The notes beneath the pieces are model-generated. The model saw only the letters and a program-made list of their open reading frames with translations. It made no database searches and was not told the DNA's origin. DNA of 64,000 nucleotides from Curvularia clavata (taxonomy: Eukaryota). How positions within the stretch are numbered: position 1 is the stretch's first letter; the number at the start of each line of letters is the position of its first letter. The stretch is taken from positions 2,852,001-2,916,000 of the forward strand of contig CP089277.1 in NCBI GenBank assembly GCA_023920165.1, written 5' to 3'. This document shows, in pieces, positions 33,901-46,229 of this stretch. The position numbers were made by a program, and so were the translations under genes.

Positions 33901-35515
33901 CTACATTTGTCGACGGAATCTTTTCAAAGGTCTCTGCTTATCGGCCGGTTGGTCCTAAAATGTCAACATTAGTATGTACCAATATCAGGCCGCCACATGA
34001 CCAACTCACCGGATCCCACCCGACCAAGCAGTTTACTGTCTCGGCTCCAAGCCCAGGGTCGTTGATTCGATCGCCACTCGGCATACGGAACTGGCCCATC
34101 AGCTTCACATAAGCTTCGAGAGCATCGACCATTGTCTTTCCTAGGGTCAGCGCCTTCTCCGCCCTTGTATGGGAGTAAAAGGTCAAAAGCTCGAGTGCAT
34201 GCTCCCGTTGCCCGCTTTCCACCAATGTATGGGCAGTCCGCTCGACCCATGCCATGTCAGCAAAAGAAGCGTTCTCAAAGCCGTGTAGCATATTTTGCAC
34301 GACAGGTAGATACGTGTCCGGATCCGAGCATGTATAGTAGAGGACTTGTTTGAAGATGCGCCCAGCGAAGTGGGTGGCTTCTTGGTACTGGTAATCAGGA
34401 TCCAAGAAGGTTGCTGCAGCATCTTTGTACAGGTAACGATGTAGTCCATACTCAGGCGGAACACTCTGTACACCCAGCCACCATGGATTGAAAGGGGCCG
34501 TTACAGAACCAGTAGGTGCAACCCATATGCGTATGAGATCAGGATCCATGTCTGGGCGTAGAGACACGACTTGGCCATAGCCGGCTTCGTCATCTGAAAT
34601 TCGGTAGTCGCGAACGCGCTCAATGAGGTCCTGCTCGGTCACAGGAGCCATTGCGCGGGTTGCCTCTTCAAGCGCTGCTTGTGACATGTACTTCGCTCCG
34701 CCATCTCGAGCAGTGTAGCCTTCTGCCTGATATGCGTATGCGTTGAAGATATTGAAAGGCTTGGTGCCATTTGGGTTCCACCAGCCTTGCTCGACAGCAA
34801 AGCTAACGATATTGGGGCTGCCCATATAGTCGGGATTATTTTCAAAGTCGATAGGGAAGTCCTCGATGTAGCCAGGGTAAAGGACGCGCACGTCGTTTTC
34901 ACCAAGACGCTCTGCTGCCCACAGTTTCTGGCCTCCTGACATCTCCCATACAACCCAACCCTCGTTTGCATCAGCGATGAGATGCGAATTGCCGCCATAG
35001 TCAGCATAACCGTACTCGGCGATCATTTGGCCAATCAGCTCGACGCCTTCTCTTGCGGTACTCGCTCGCTCCAGCACAATACGAGCCAAATCAGAGTACT
35101 GTAGTCCTGTCTGTGGGTTTGGTGTCATGGCAATGAGATCATCGCGGTTCTGAGCCCAGATATCGCGTACAGCAACACCCTTCTCGTTGACACCTCCATT
35201 GGTAAGAGGGGCCGGGAATCCTTCGAAATCAGAGTATTCCATGGAAAGGTAGCGGAAGGTGTGTGGCGCTTGCGAAATGTTCATCAGTTTGCCTGGCATT
35301 ACTGCATCTTCTGTGACGCCGACGGTGATAGTCTCGTTCGGCTTGTGGTCCTTGGCAGGGAAGATCTGAAGCCAATGTGATGAGACCTCTTCACCCGTTC
35401 CACCTAGCATCACGCTGCCGTCCTGGGTGAGTGCCTTGCCAACGTAGAATCCATAGCTCGCTTCGGACGTCTTTGCGAGGCTCAGAAGCCCGATTCCGAG
35501 AAGACGCGACAACAT
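33901..35515 (-). CDS. Secreted peptidase C69/secernin-like Ntn hydrolase (~519 aa); exons 35515-34010, 33954-33901
   Basis: Signal peptide then SYGFYVGK.LT.DGSVM; NGGVNEKGV, LERASTAREGV, GGNSHLIAD, EGWVVWE; intron 34009-33955. Confidence 0.8.
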
Positions 35516-35726
35516 CCTGGCGCAAAAGGGAACGGAGAGGTTGCCATCACCGGAAGTTGGCAACAGACCTTTCTTTATCAATCAGCAAAAGTGGAGAGAA
35601 GGGACAGCTTGGAGGCGGCCCGACTACGTCAGCTAACTTGGAGATGGCCCAGCATGGTCATCTGGACTGAAGATGGTCAAGTTTGCCGTGACACGAGTAC
35701 GCCATACGGGAACCGGTATCCCGATA

Positions 35727-37568
35727 ACGTGCGCCACCAGTGAGCTGGCCACACCAGTGAGCTGGCCGCCCCACCAAACCTGACCCAACTCTCTCCACAA
35801 CCACCACAATGCCGCGACAACCACGCGCTCAATCAACTTCTCGTAAAGACAGAACTAGTCTTGCTGCAGCTTCTTATCATAATAATCCAAATCAATCTAT
35901 CCACGCTCTCGCAAAAGCGTACGATGTGCCAAAATCGACTCTTCAGACACGCCTCCGTGGTGTCCAGCCGCGATCAGAGACAGCCTCTGCCAAACGAAAG
36001 CTATCGCCTATTGAAGAGCAGTCTCTCGTACAGTGGATCCTAAAGCTAGATAAACGAGGCTTTCCGCCTCATATCATCGACGTGCGACGAATGGCAGACG
36101 TTCTGCTTGCCGCGCGTGGCCAAGATCCACCTCCACAGCCAGTTGGTAAGAACTGGGTATCGCGCTTTATCCAGAGCCAGCCTGAGCTTCAGACAAAGTG
36201 GAGTAGAAGACTCAATAGCCAGCGCGCCTGCTGTGAGGATCCTAGAGTGATTACAGCGTGGTTTAAGCTAGTAGAGGAGATACGCCAGACGTACGGCGTC
36301 CTTGATCAAGATATCTATAACTTTGACGAGACTGGATTCGCGATGGGCGTCGCTGTATCGTCAAAGGTAGTCACAAGCTCTGAAAGAGTTGGACGGCCAG
36401 CCGTTGTAGAGCCAGGCAATCGCGAGTGGGTTACAGCAATCGAGTGCGTTAACGCGTCTGGTTGGTCTCTACCACCCTTGGTGATCCTGTCTGGTAAAGT
36501 CCATCAGAACATCTGGTATCGCGATCTCCCACTCGACTGGACTGTCGGCGTCTCAGACAACGGCTGGACGACAGATGAGCTCGGTGTAGAGTGGGTGAAG
36601 CACTTCAACCAACATACAGCTGCTCGTACAGCTGGAGACTATCGGCTTCTTATCGTAGACGGCCATGGTAGCCATGCTACGCCAGAGTTCGACCAATACT
36701 GCGCCGAGAACAAGATTATTACCCTCTGCATGCCACCCCATACCTCCCATCTTCTCCAGCCTCTGGACGTAGGCTGCTACTCTCCTCTTAAGCGCGCGTA
36801 TGGACGTGAGGTTGATGAGCTCGCCCGTCAAGGCGTCTACCATATTGACAAGATAGACTTCCTTACAGCCTATACGCAGATCCGACCAACAATATTTACG
36901 CAGCAGAATATTCAGGCAGGCTTCCGGGCGACAGGTCTTATTCCTTTTCGTCCAGATCGTGTTCTCTCGTCACTAACTATCATCCGGACGCCATCTCCAC
37001 CACAGACAATTGTAGATAGCGGGACCACTAATAGCGCCTGGCAAGCAGAGACGCCCCATACAGTAGCTCAGCTTCAGCAGCAAGCAAAATGTCTTCAAGA
37101 CAGGCTTCATCGGGAATCTCAGAGCCCAACAAGCCAACTTCTCCGTCAAGTTATTAAAGGCTGTCAGATTGCAATGCAATCAGCAACAATACTTGCTGAA
37201 GAAAATAAGAAGCTACGTCAAGGTAGTGAGCGGCTAAGACAGAAGCAAGATCAGCGGCGTCAATATATTGCTTCTGGTGGAGTTCTTCGGGTGCAGCAGG
37301 CTCAGCAGCTTGCTGCAGAGGTAGAAAGGGTGGTCGCGGAGGTTGGGCAGAGTGAGGGCAGTCAGCGACGTCAACGCGCGCCGCCAACGTGCACGAAGTG
37401 CCACGTTCAAGGACACACTCGGACTACCTGCAAAACTAGATAGTGAATGTTACTTCCATATTCTATCTAATTTCATCACGTTGTTGTGGATCTATTGTGT
37501 GTCGCGGCAGGTCAGGTTTGGTGGGGCGGCCAGCTCACTGGTGTGGCCAGCTCACTGGTGGCGCACGT
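35727..37568 (+). mobile_element. Intact pogo/Fot1-like (Tc1/mariner superfamily) DNA transposon, 1842 bp
   Basis: Perfect 59-bp TIRs at 35727-35785 and 37510-37568 beginning ACGT; TA target duplication at 35725-35726 and 37569-37570; 16-bp direct repeat CACCAGTGAGCTGGCC twice in each TIR. Confidence 0.97.
35809..37443 (+). CDS. pogo/Fot1-family DDE transposase, 544 aa
   Basis: N-terminal HTH/CENP-B region, YNFDETG, LIVDGHGSH, HLLQPLDVG, C-terminal CxxC...H...C knuckle. Confidence 0.96.
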   Translation: MPRQPRAQSTSRKDRTSLAAASYHNNPNQSIHALAKAYDVPKSTLQTRLRGVQPRSETASAKRKLSPIEEQSLVQWILKLDKRGFPPHIIDVRRMADVLLAARGQDPPPQPVGKNWVSRFIQSQPELQTKWSRRLNSQRACCEDPRVITAWFKLVEEIRQTYGVLDQDIYNFDETGFAMGVAVSSKVVTSSERVGRPAVVEPGNREWVTAIECVNASGWSLPPLVILSGKVHQNIWYRDLPLDWTVGVSDNGWTTDELGVEWVKHFNQHTAARTAGDYRLLIVDGHGSHATPEFDQYCAENKIITLCMPPHTSHLLQPLDVGCYSPLKRAYGREVDELARQGVYHIDKIDFLTAYTQIRPTIFTQQNIQAGFRATGLIPFRPDRVLSSLTIIRTPSPPQTIVDSGTTNSAWQAETPHTVAQLQQQAKCLQDRLHRESQSPTSQLLRQVIKGCQIAMQSATILAEENKKLRQGSERLRQKQDQRRQYIASGGVLRVQQAQQLAAEVERVVAEVGQSEGSQRRQRAPPTCTKCHVQGHTRTTCKTR

Positions 37569-38354
37569 TAGCAGATCTCGATGACTAAGTCGTAATCGCA
37601 GAGATTTCGCGGCGAAAGTACAATTGCGCATTTAAAGTAGTCATATTGATGAACGGCGGAAAATGACTGAAGCTTGGCTATCAGTCCCAAGCATGAATTT
37701 GCTCATCAATTCTGGTGATGCGATAGCCGTCGGAAGTAAAGAAGCGGGGATTCCGCATTCAGCAACAGCTATCTGCGTGCCTACGCTACTCATGCACACA
37801 GGTGGGGTTGAACAGGTGTGACTTAGGACAAAAGCAGAACACACTTCGAAGTACATTTGCACTGTATCGCCTCATTTCTCGGCATCTTGTATGCTGTTGC
37901 CGATTCCATACTATGGCGGCTCTCCACCAACCGGTGAAGCAGAAAAATGGTGATCTACAAACCAGCCCTACTGTTCAAAGTAGCTCTAGTCGTTACATTT
38001 GTTAATGTTAGTAGCGTGTCTTTGCAGGTGAGGTCGTTTTGATTTTCCAGTTCTACTACTTGTGAGAGAGGGGCGGCTCTGACCGCTTTGTACCTTCTGA
38101 ATACGTCTTCAAAGATGCGTTGCGGCACAGCTACCTACTGCAGTCATCTCACGCCCTACAGCAAAGCGGCACATTATGCTAGTGCATATAGAGGCGTAGA
38201 TGTAGAGTTGTGTTTAAGGAATGCTTACTTATGTTGAACTCGATTTTGAGGCAGAGAGTAGAGAGAGAGCCGTGACATTTATTGCCTATCTTCGAATTAT
38301 AATCTTAGCTGTACCACTGCATACCTTACCAAAACGAATTTCCTGCCCGTCTCC

Positions 38355-39090
38355 TTGCGTTCATGCCAGCGCATCCGTGAACTGCTCCCAACCTTACACC
38401 TAGGCCGTTACCAGCCGGGTCCCAAGAACAGCCTTACGGATATCCCTGGCATACTTGTACATGCCGGGTCCATCTGCTCTTCGCCCAACTACCCCAACAC
38501 GGCGCCAAAATCAATCAAAACTGGCGTGAAAACCATTGTTCCACGCAAAAACTAGGTTTGTGAAGCTTGTTTTGCAGGGATTTTCCGCTTCAATGGACCT
38601 GGAGAGATGACTGGCTCGCACATCATCGAAGAGGCAGGCGTGCTGTCACACCGAAACACATTACAGACGGTATGAATAAAGCGAGCAGGAAGCCGGTACC
38701 GGAAGGCAATCCAGGTGGCGGAACGGGTATGATTTGCCACTACTTTAAAGGTGGTACGGGTTCTAGCTCTCGTGTTGTTCCAGGTGAAAGGGGGCGGGGC
38801 TATATGGTAAACGCTCTCGTCCAAACAAACTACGGTAAGATGTGGGATTTTAAGATTGGCGGGGCACTAATGGGAAGAACAATTTACAAAGTGCAAAAAA
38901 GGAAATTGGAAGAGAAACCCGAGGATCTAGACTTAATCGCACAGTCTAACCTGGTGTTCAAAGTCGAAAGAAAACGTAAAGGAAAAACAAGACGGATCGA
39001 TCGTTGTCATTCTCGCCACGGGTGCGCCCTTATAACTACTATAGGTGCAACGATTAGCCAAACGTGCGACAGTGGGGCAGAGTTAGCTGT
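38355..39090 (+). pseudogene. DmpA/peptidase S58 (beta-peptidyl aminopeptidase-like) pseudogene
   Basis: [74 protein letters not shown] spread over shifting frames; stops at 38553, 39033, 39042; internal deletion; C-terminal part absent. Confidence 0.88.
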
Positions 39091-40508
39091 GAGATAGCCG
39101 TGTGGAGAAGCATCGTTTTTTCTACAGATTTATACTGTACGTGTTTCTTTAGCGTGCAGTTATTGCGCAATAGTCGAGCAGTTGCAGAAAACGAGGGTAG
39201 CCCGAGGGAGCTTAGCATGTGTGGGATGGTTGACATCTGAATCTAACAATAGGACCGTGCGAATGCGATCGTACGTTTCTTTTACTCACATGACCATAGG
39301 GCTGTTGTGTGTATTCGCCATGTTACAGAAGTGGGAAGGCGAGTGCATGCGCCGGGCGCGGTCTCGACTCTGTTTCGGCCCCAGGGACCAGCGGGCAGGT
39401 CTAACGAGTGAGAGGCCGGGAAATGATTTGGTAGCAGGTGAGGCTGAGGGATGGAGCTTGGGCAGATCTACGATAGCGCTGGGCAGTTGCAGGGAGTGTG
39501 TGGAGAGGCAGCCGATTTGCGCGAAGAATGCCATGTGGCCCTAGGCGAGGCTAGCGCACCCTCTTGAACACGGGAGCCGGGAGACGGTGGAAGCTAGCAG
39601 GCGAGCACGGTGCTTGCTGGTGCGCTGACAGGAATATGAGCGCGTAGTCTAGACCTCTGTCCCGTGAACACGATCTCCGAGCACATTTCGATCCTCAGTC
39701 CCTGGCTACGCATAGCACTCACGCGGGCACCGTGCTGCATATGACAGCCAGTCGCGCATTGGTTCCCTTGCCTGCATCAGGGAGAGCGTGCCTGGGGGAG
39801 CGGCCTGGAGGCGGGCGTTCATCGTGTGTTTGCCGGGAACTGGTGCCCAAGCGAATCACGCTCGGGGCCGGGAGCGCTGGGCCTGGAGAGGGACCGAAAG
39901 CTTTTTTACGTTACTTTTCCAAAAGTCGTGCATTGATTGATGGTGTCGTCGCGGTGAGCAGTAGTGCTGCTGGTGGAGTCGGCGGCTGTGGCAGTGTGCG
40001 CGTACATATGGGCTGAGCATATATAGCGGTACAGACTGGACGTACATACAGGGGCGCCACCGTCGCGGCAGCGGACGGCATCCATCTGGAGAGGGTGAGA
40101 GGGCGTGAGGAGATGCTTGTATCGAGGTGCAGCAGCAGTGCTCAGAATCGCATGATGATGCTGACTTATCAGTCGACTGCGCAGGCTGAGGTGGACAGAG
40201 TCGAGGGGTCGCAGCTCAGCTGCAGCGAGATGCGTCGGCTGCAAGCACCGAGGCCGGGCTGCAGCCACTAGCGTCCGAGCCTTGGGTGGGGCGCGGCCGT
40301 GAGGGCCTCGAACACCCTTCTTTTCATCTACGGGGTCTGGAATCGCCGGCCACGACTGCACGCTATTCCATAACGTCTTTCTCAGCTTCTGTCCGTCTGC
40401 GCTGCATGGCCTCTGCTGCGGCACTTTCCACGTCGGACGACTGACCTGACGCCTAAATATGCCATTTGGCCCATTTCCCATTCCACCCCTCTTCAGACGT
40501 CACCCTCC

Positions 40509-43088
40509 ATGGCGATCCCTTCCCCTTCAAGTCCCGCCTCGCCAGCCCTCTCAGATGTTTTGAGCCGGCTGGGACTGAACGAATACCTCCAGGTCCTCTC
40601 CGACAATGGCTTCCACAGCTGGACCGCCGTCCTCGACATTACCGAGGATGACATGACGGCCCTGAACTTCAAACTCGGCCACCGCAGACTGCTCCAGCGC
40701 GAAATCGCTACTTACCGCGGCATTCCGCAGTCCATATCGCTAGATCCAGAGTCCAATTCACCAGAGCCAGTATCGCTGTCCACTTCGGCCCTCGAGAGCT
40801 TCACACGGCAGACAACTACCCCGCCGCCTCGCGAAAAGCGGCGCTACCGGCGTCATCCCCGAGCGGATCCCAATGCGCCCAAGAAGCCAAAGACTGCTTG
40901 TATGGCAACCCATATGTTTCAACTGTAACCGCATGCACTAACAATCTCAGACGTCAACTTTGCAGACCAGCTCCGCACCGACCCAGAAGTCAGCCAGCTG
41001 TCCTTTGTCGATATTGCACGTGAGGTCGGCCGAAGATGGCAGGAACTCCCAGCCGAGAAGAAGCGCATTTGGGAAAGGAACGCCGCGCGAGCTATGCAAG
41101 AGTTTGAAGCCCAGATGGACGAGTACAAAAAGACCGAGAGCTGGCAAAAGCACCAGAACTATCTCAGTGACTTCAAAGCCCAGCAGTCTGCCACATCCGC
41201 CAACAAGCACCGCCCAGGCAACAGTCGCTCGACAACAGACACGTCCAACAATACCAGACCGTATTCGCAGACTAGCCCTAGCTCCATAGACAGCCCCATC
41301 TCTCTGATGCCCGCCTCGCCAACAAGGCCCGGCGCCGAAGTATGCCACAATGCACTGACGCTGGCCATGAGCGAGTTGATTGCACTTAGGAGCGAGATCA
41401 TTAATGGAAGTGCCCAATGCTTTGATGAAAACCGTCTTCCGCCTGAGGATCGAGTGCGTCGGTGCATGTACGCCTTCATCAGAGGCACTGGGTCACTTCT
41501 TTACATGTGGACATTCGAGCAAGCCGATGAACTCCTAGAGCGAATCTATCGCCCCAAAACAAAAGTCGACGATCTAACTCTTTCCGAATGCTTTACAGTG
41601 GCTGCCATGGGTGCACATTACGACGAGGACGCATTCCCCGATGTGACGCGGCGTCTACTCTACGCCTCCGGCACCTTGCATTTTAATGAGCAGACGGCTA
41701 GACAAGACAACTTTCGAACTATGCGTTTGTTGCTCTCATTGTCCTTTTTCTCGCTGCTCGAGAAGCACATGAGCGCAAAGTATCTGATTGGTGAGCAAGC
41801 TTCACGTTCAATTGTTTCATACACACACACAAGCTAACAGACGCAGCCGCCGGATTGCAGATTGCGCGTTGGAGATATGTAGTGCCCCAGAGCCGATCCC
41901 AGATTGCCGATGTAGGCTGGAGGAAGATCTTTCGAAGTCTCATTTTCATGGACTCTTGGCTTTCTTACACGCTTGGCTACCCTTCAGAGGTAACAGCCAG
42001 CGATATCCAGGTACGGTGTCACGAGACTAATCATCGTTCCCACAATGCTGACCAGACCAGACTGCTTGTCTTGTAGACTGGCCCGATCACCTCTCGATAG
42101 ATGACATGATTCACACGCAGACCAGCAAGATTAACCTGATCGCGGCGGAAGTGGCAAAGACGCTCGCTTCGCCAGAGCTAGCCACAAAGGCCAACATCAC
42201 CATGCTCACGCAGAAGCTCGAACAGTGGCGCCAAGATGTCCCGTACAACTTACAGATCCCCACCCTTTTGTCTAGCGAGGCCCAGGAGCTGAACGTATTC
42301 CAGAAGCGTGCCATCTTCATGGTACACGTACGTAGCCACAATCATATGATCATGTGCAAAAGTTGACGTTTCTGATATGTGGTTAGATCATGTACCTTGG
42401 CGCTTTGGTTCTGCTGTATCGTCAATTGCTTGTTGCTGCGGCGAGCGCTCAGCTCGGGGATGAGACGACAAGCACATTGAATAACATCTCAGCCGATGAC
42501 GTCAAAATGTATAGACGAGAGTGTGCGACGGCCGCTCAGAACATTGCACGCATGTTGGGCCTCATTTCTTTCGACGGCACATTGACAACGCGCTGTTGGA
42601 TCATGTAAGTTGTTGGAAAAAGCAAAGAGTATTCAGGAGAGCTAACAATCGTCAGCATATACTGGTCCTTTTCAGCCGCCATTTGTCTGCTTTTCACTGC
42701 GACTACCAAGCTCATGGACGGTCAAACAGAAGGAGTCGAGGCAGATCTTACCTACGCAAAATCATGCATGGACATGCTTGAACCATGCAAGACTTGCGAG
42801 CCTGTCGCAGCACGGTATTTGAAAACACTCTGGCCGCTGTACGACAACCTGCAGGACGTGCTTCGGCGGATGGTGGGGAGGTCGAAGACCAGCATCTTCG
42901 CCATCCTGCAACCTGATCCGAGCTTGCTGAGTCCCCCGGTGCCAGTGTCCAAGCAGGAGATGGGCCCAATTTCTGAGAAGCTGACGGTGCTGTTTACGGA
43001 CCCTTTTGGCAGGATGCAAAAGGAGGAAGGAGTCGGAAGACGCATACTGAGCGACGATGGATCCTATCTGGTGTTCTGGTTCAGGTGA
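40509..43088 (+). CDS. SAM + HMG-box + fungal TF middle-homology-domain protein; exons 40509-40899, 40951-41790, 41847-42010, 42061-42327, 42387-42604, 42656-43088
   Basis: SAM LGLNEY...LDITEDDM...KLGHRRLL; HMG PNAPKKPKTAYVNF...IAREVGRRW; WRKIFRSLIFMDSWLSYTLGYP and LLYRQLL. Five canonical introns keep the frame. Confidence 0.85.
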
Positions 43089-43137
43089 AGACAACACAGT
43101 TGAGGTGCATGCTTTTTCATCATTTGGTCGACTGGCC

Positions 43138-43141
<4 letters not shown>

Positions 43142-43170
<29 letters not shown>
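43142..43170. repeat. (AG)14 microsatellite in 3' region of the SAM-HMG gene
   Basis: Read directly. Confidence 0.95.
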
Positions 43171-43173
<3 letters not shown>

Positions 43174-45129
43174 TCTAAACAGCAGGTCCCACTGGAGCTG
43201 GTGCGATAAACATCCCAACTCGTCTAGTAGGAGGTGGCGTCGGAGCATTTCAAATGCTGTATTGGCGACCATTTTGGTGCTTCCAGAGCGCGCCACAGAG
43301 TCAGCCTCAGCCTGCCACGGCCTTCCGCAACTGCCTCCTGGAACGCGAGAGTTGTCAGTATGCTATATATGGCATCGTCTCCAGGTGGACGGCGCTCCGG
43401 CTTGCGCCACGAGCATTCAATCGACCGCGCACTGACGCGTTTCAGTCATTGCCAGCTAGTAGGCGATTCAGCGGCGCGTCACTGATTTGGACGCGTGTGT
43501 AGGCGAGGCCGTGGTTGAAGTATATGCGTGGGGGTGTTAGTCGGAAGAGAATTGAGATGATGGCGCAAGGCAAGAGCTGAGCGGAAAGTGTATAACGCCA
43601 CAAATATATTGACCCAGCAACGTCCAACGTGTGGAAAGGCAGAGAAGTCGAAGGGATTCTGGTAGGGGGAGAGATTCTGCTGCAGTGCCGATCACGGGAG
43701 TGCCCGTCGCCCGTAGCGCAAGACGCCATCATCAACCCCCCACCAGAGCTTGAAGCGACGCAACATTAGCGGGCTGCAAGAAAGTTCGGATCCAGTCTCT
43801 AGGTCCCAGAGTATATAGCCTCAGTCCTGCAATGCAACATGAGGGGTTGTTCATGTGCGCTTGGTTAGTCTTGAGTGTCTGCATGAGAAAGAGAGCGTGT
43901 GTGACCTTAGGGGACGAGTCCAACGTTGGGTAGGCGGACGCGTCATGCACCTGCCGCACTGCCGATCCAATGGCGCGACACATGGAATAAAATCTCCGCA
44001 GTTCTTGTAATTTCGATGTGACTTGGCCAAACGGGCCGTTGGTATGAGAGACTGAGCTGACGAAAATAATCCTCGGAGGGCGCCGGGGCTTGGCTGATGT
44101 TGTAGCTACGCCCATCCAATAGTGCGGGCGGTTGTGTCGTCAAGTTTTTGCTCTGCTGGCGTGCATGCAGGCGCGATTCAATGGTACAGGGCGTTGCAGC
44201 TAGCAGAGAGTTATGTTTATCGAAACATGTTTCGTGACAGACAGGCAGGCAAACGGTCAGAAGAATAGACGAGCGAGCAAGGTTGGATCCCTGAGATTTT
44301 GTTTTCTACAGTGTCAGTGGGGTGAGGGGGCAAAGACGAAGGGTCAAACGCTATCGATTTCATGAACCCCCCGTATGGATTGGGCGGGGAGGGGATCGTC
44401 GTCGACGTGGGTGGGTTCACGGCGGTGAAGAGGTGCATGTCGAAAGATAGCATCTTGGTTTCCCATTACCCACCCTAACGTCGTTGGCGTGCATGTTCCT
44501 TGGCCTCGGATACGCCCTTAACCCACTCGTCGTCATATGCCATGACGATGGTCATTAATTACAGCAGGCAGGAGGGCACGCTCCCCCTGAGCAATATCCA
44601 GGAAGCGGGTCCATGTTTGGCGCACAAAGAAGGAAGAATCGATAAAGTCTGTGTACGGCACAAAAGATGGGATTTTGCAAGTCGACGACGTCGCTAGGCC
44701 TCAGCGTGGCTGGATAAAGTGTAACTGGCGGTGCGTCTATGCAAGCGTGCAAGCCGATGGGGAAAGGGGGCGTGTGCGGGTGCAAGTCTAGATCGACCAG
44801 GCGCCCCCACTGGCGCGACGGGCGCCCCTAGCACGTCGGCATGAGAGAGGCTCGTTCGCGTCATTTGGGTGAAATAGGGAACGGCGTCCCTGGCCTCGAC
44901 GTGGTGAAAAGCCGTCGTCGAATCTTCCTTCTTTGCTTCTGCTTCTACCACTTTCGCTTTTGCTTCTTCGGCCCCGTTCTCCTGCTACCCTGAGCTCGTT
45001 CCACCCTCTCCGACGACTACTCACGCCCCGACTTATAATTAGCCCCGACTGTCTGCACACGTCACTGGATACCGATGCAAAGCGACCTCTCCCAAACCGA
45101 CTATTCCTACTACTACTGCGACCGCTACC

Positions 45130-46229
45130 ATGGATAACGACCACGCGATGCACATGCAGAGCCCCTTTGCCATCTCCCACGACGATGTCGAGGCCATTAC
45201 TTCGTCAAAGGCTTTTTGTGCCCTGAGGAGGTGTCTAGCCGGCCAAGCTGAGTAGGTCCCCCTCCTTCGTCCTGGCGCTGCTCTTGTCCGCGTCCGGGAA
45301 GCTTATCACGGCTGGCAGCAGCCCAACTACCCACCCCTCCACCCAGCATAATCACTATCTTTCTCTCTGCCAGCACGCCGACTAATGCCTTGAATAGTTT
45401 TTGTGCGTCCCACTCGCAGTGCACACCGCAGGCCAAGCAGACATGGCTGCTCCACCGCGACATCCTTCATGCCCTTATCATGCCCATTGTTACCCTGTTC
45501 TCGCGCGCCTCGACACTAGCCTCTGCCGCCCTATGCACCCAGCGCGCTTCTGATCTTGAATTGGCCTTTTCGGGCGAGTCCCGCAGTGCCTTTATTGGCT
45601 TGCAATGCTTCATCACCGAAGAGGCGGACTGGTGCCACACCCGTGGCTGCCCAGCCTGCGTCGTCACCGAGACTCTCAGCACCGACAGCCATATCCGCTT
45701 GACCATTGCTGCCAGCCTGCTCAGCACCGCCACCGTGGCCACCCCGACACAGGAAGAACCACCTTCCCAGGACGCCCAGGACCGCACTCTCCCCCCTCTT
45801 CCACACATCCTGCCCGCACTCCAGCACGCAGTCATCAACGACCCTTTCTGGGAGGGCTCAGATATCTGGAGCTACATTCTCTCTCGCGCCACGCAGCTCT
45901 CGGCGGGAATCCAGGCCCTCATTGCCGAGTGTGTGAACCTTGAATCCCTCGTCTCATCACCCACTACCGACCGTCCCACTGCCCATCGCGGCTTGACGCA
46001 TCCCGTCGTTCCCTTTGTAGCATCTGGCCAAGCCCCTCAGGAAAAGGGCGTCAAGCTCAGGAAGAGCAAGCTCGCAAAGAGGCAGCTCAGACTGCGTGAT
46101 GAAGAGGTCGAGCTCATGAGGCGGGTTGCCATGCAGTGCTGGGCCAAGGCAAAGATGCCCAAGAATATGCGGGCGGATGCGTTAGCGTTGGGCGAAAGTA
46201 AGAGAACGAGGAGTTTGACCTGTCCGTAA
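45130..46229 (+). CDS. Hypothetical ~317-aa protein with WCxxxxCPAC motif; exons 45130-45251, 45398-46229
   Basis: MDNDHAMH...GQA GA|GTAGGT, CTAAT...TAG acceptor, in frame with the 279-aa ORF. Confidence 0.75.
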
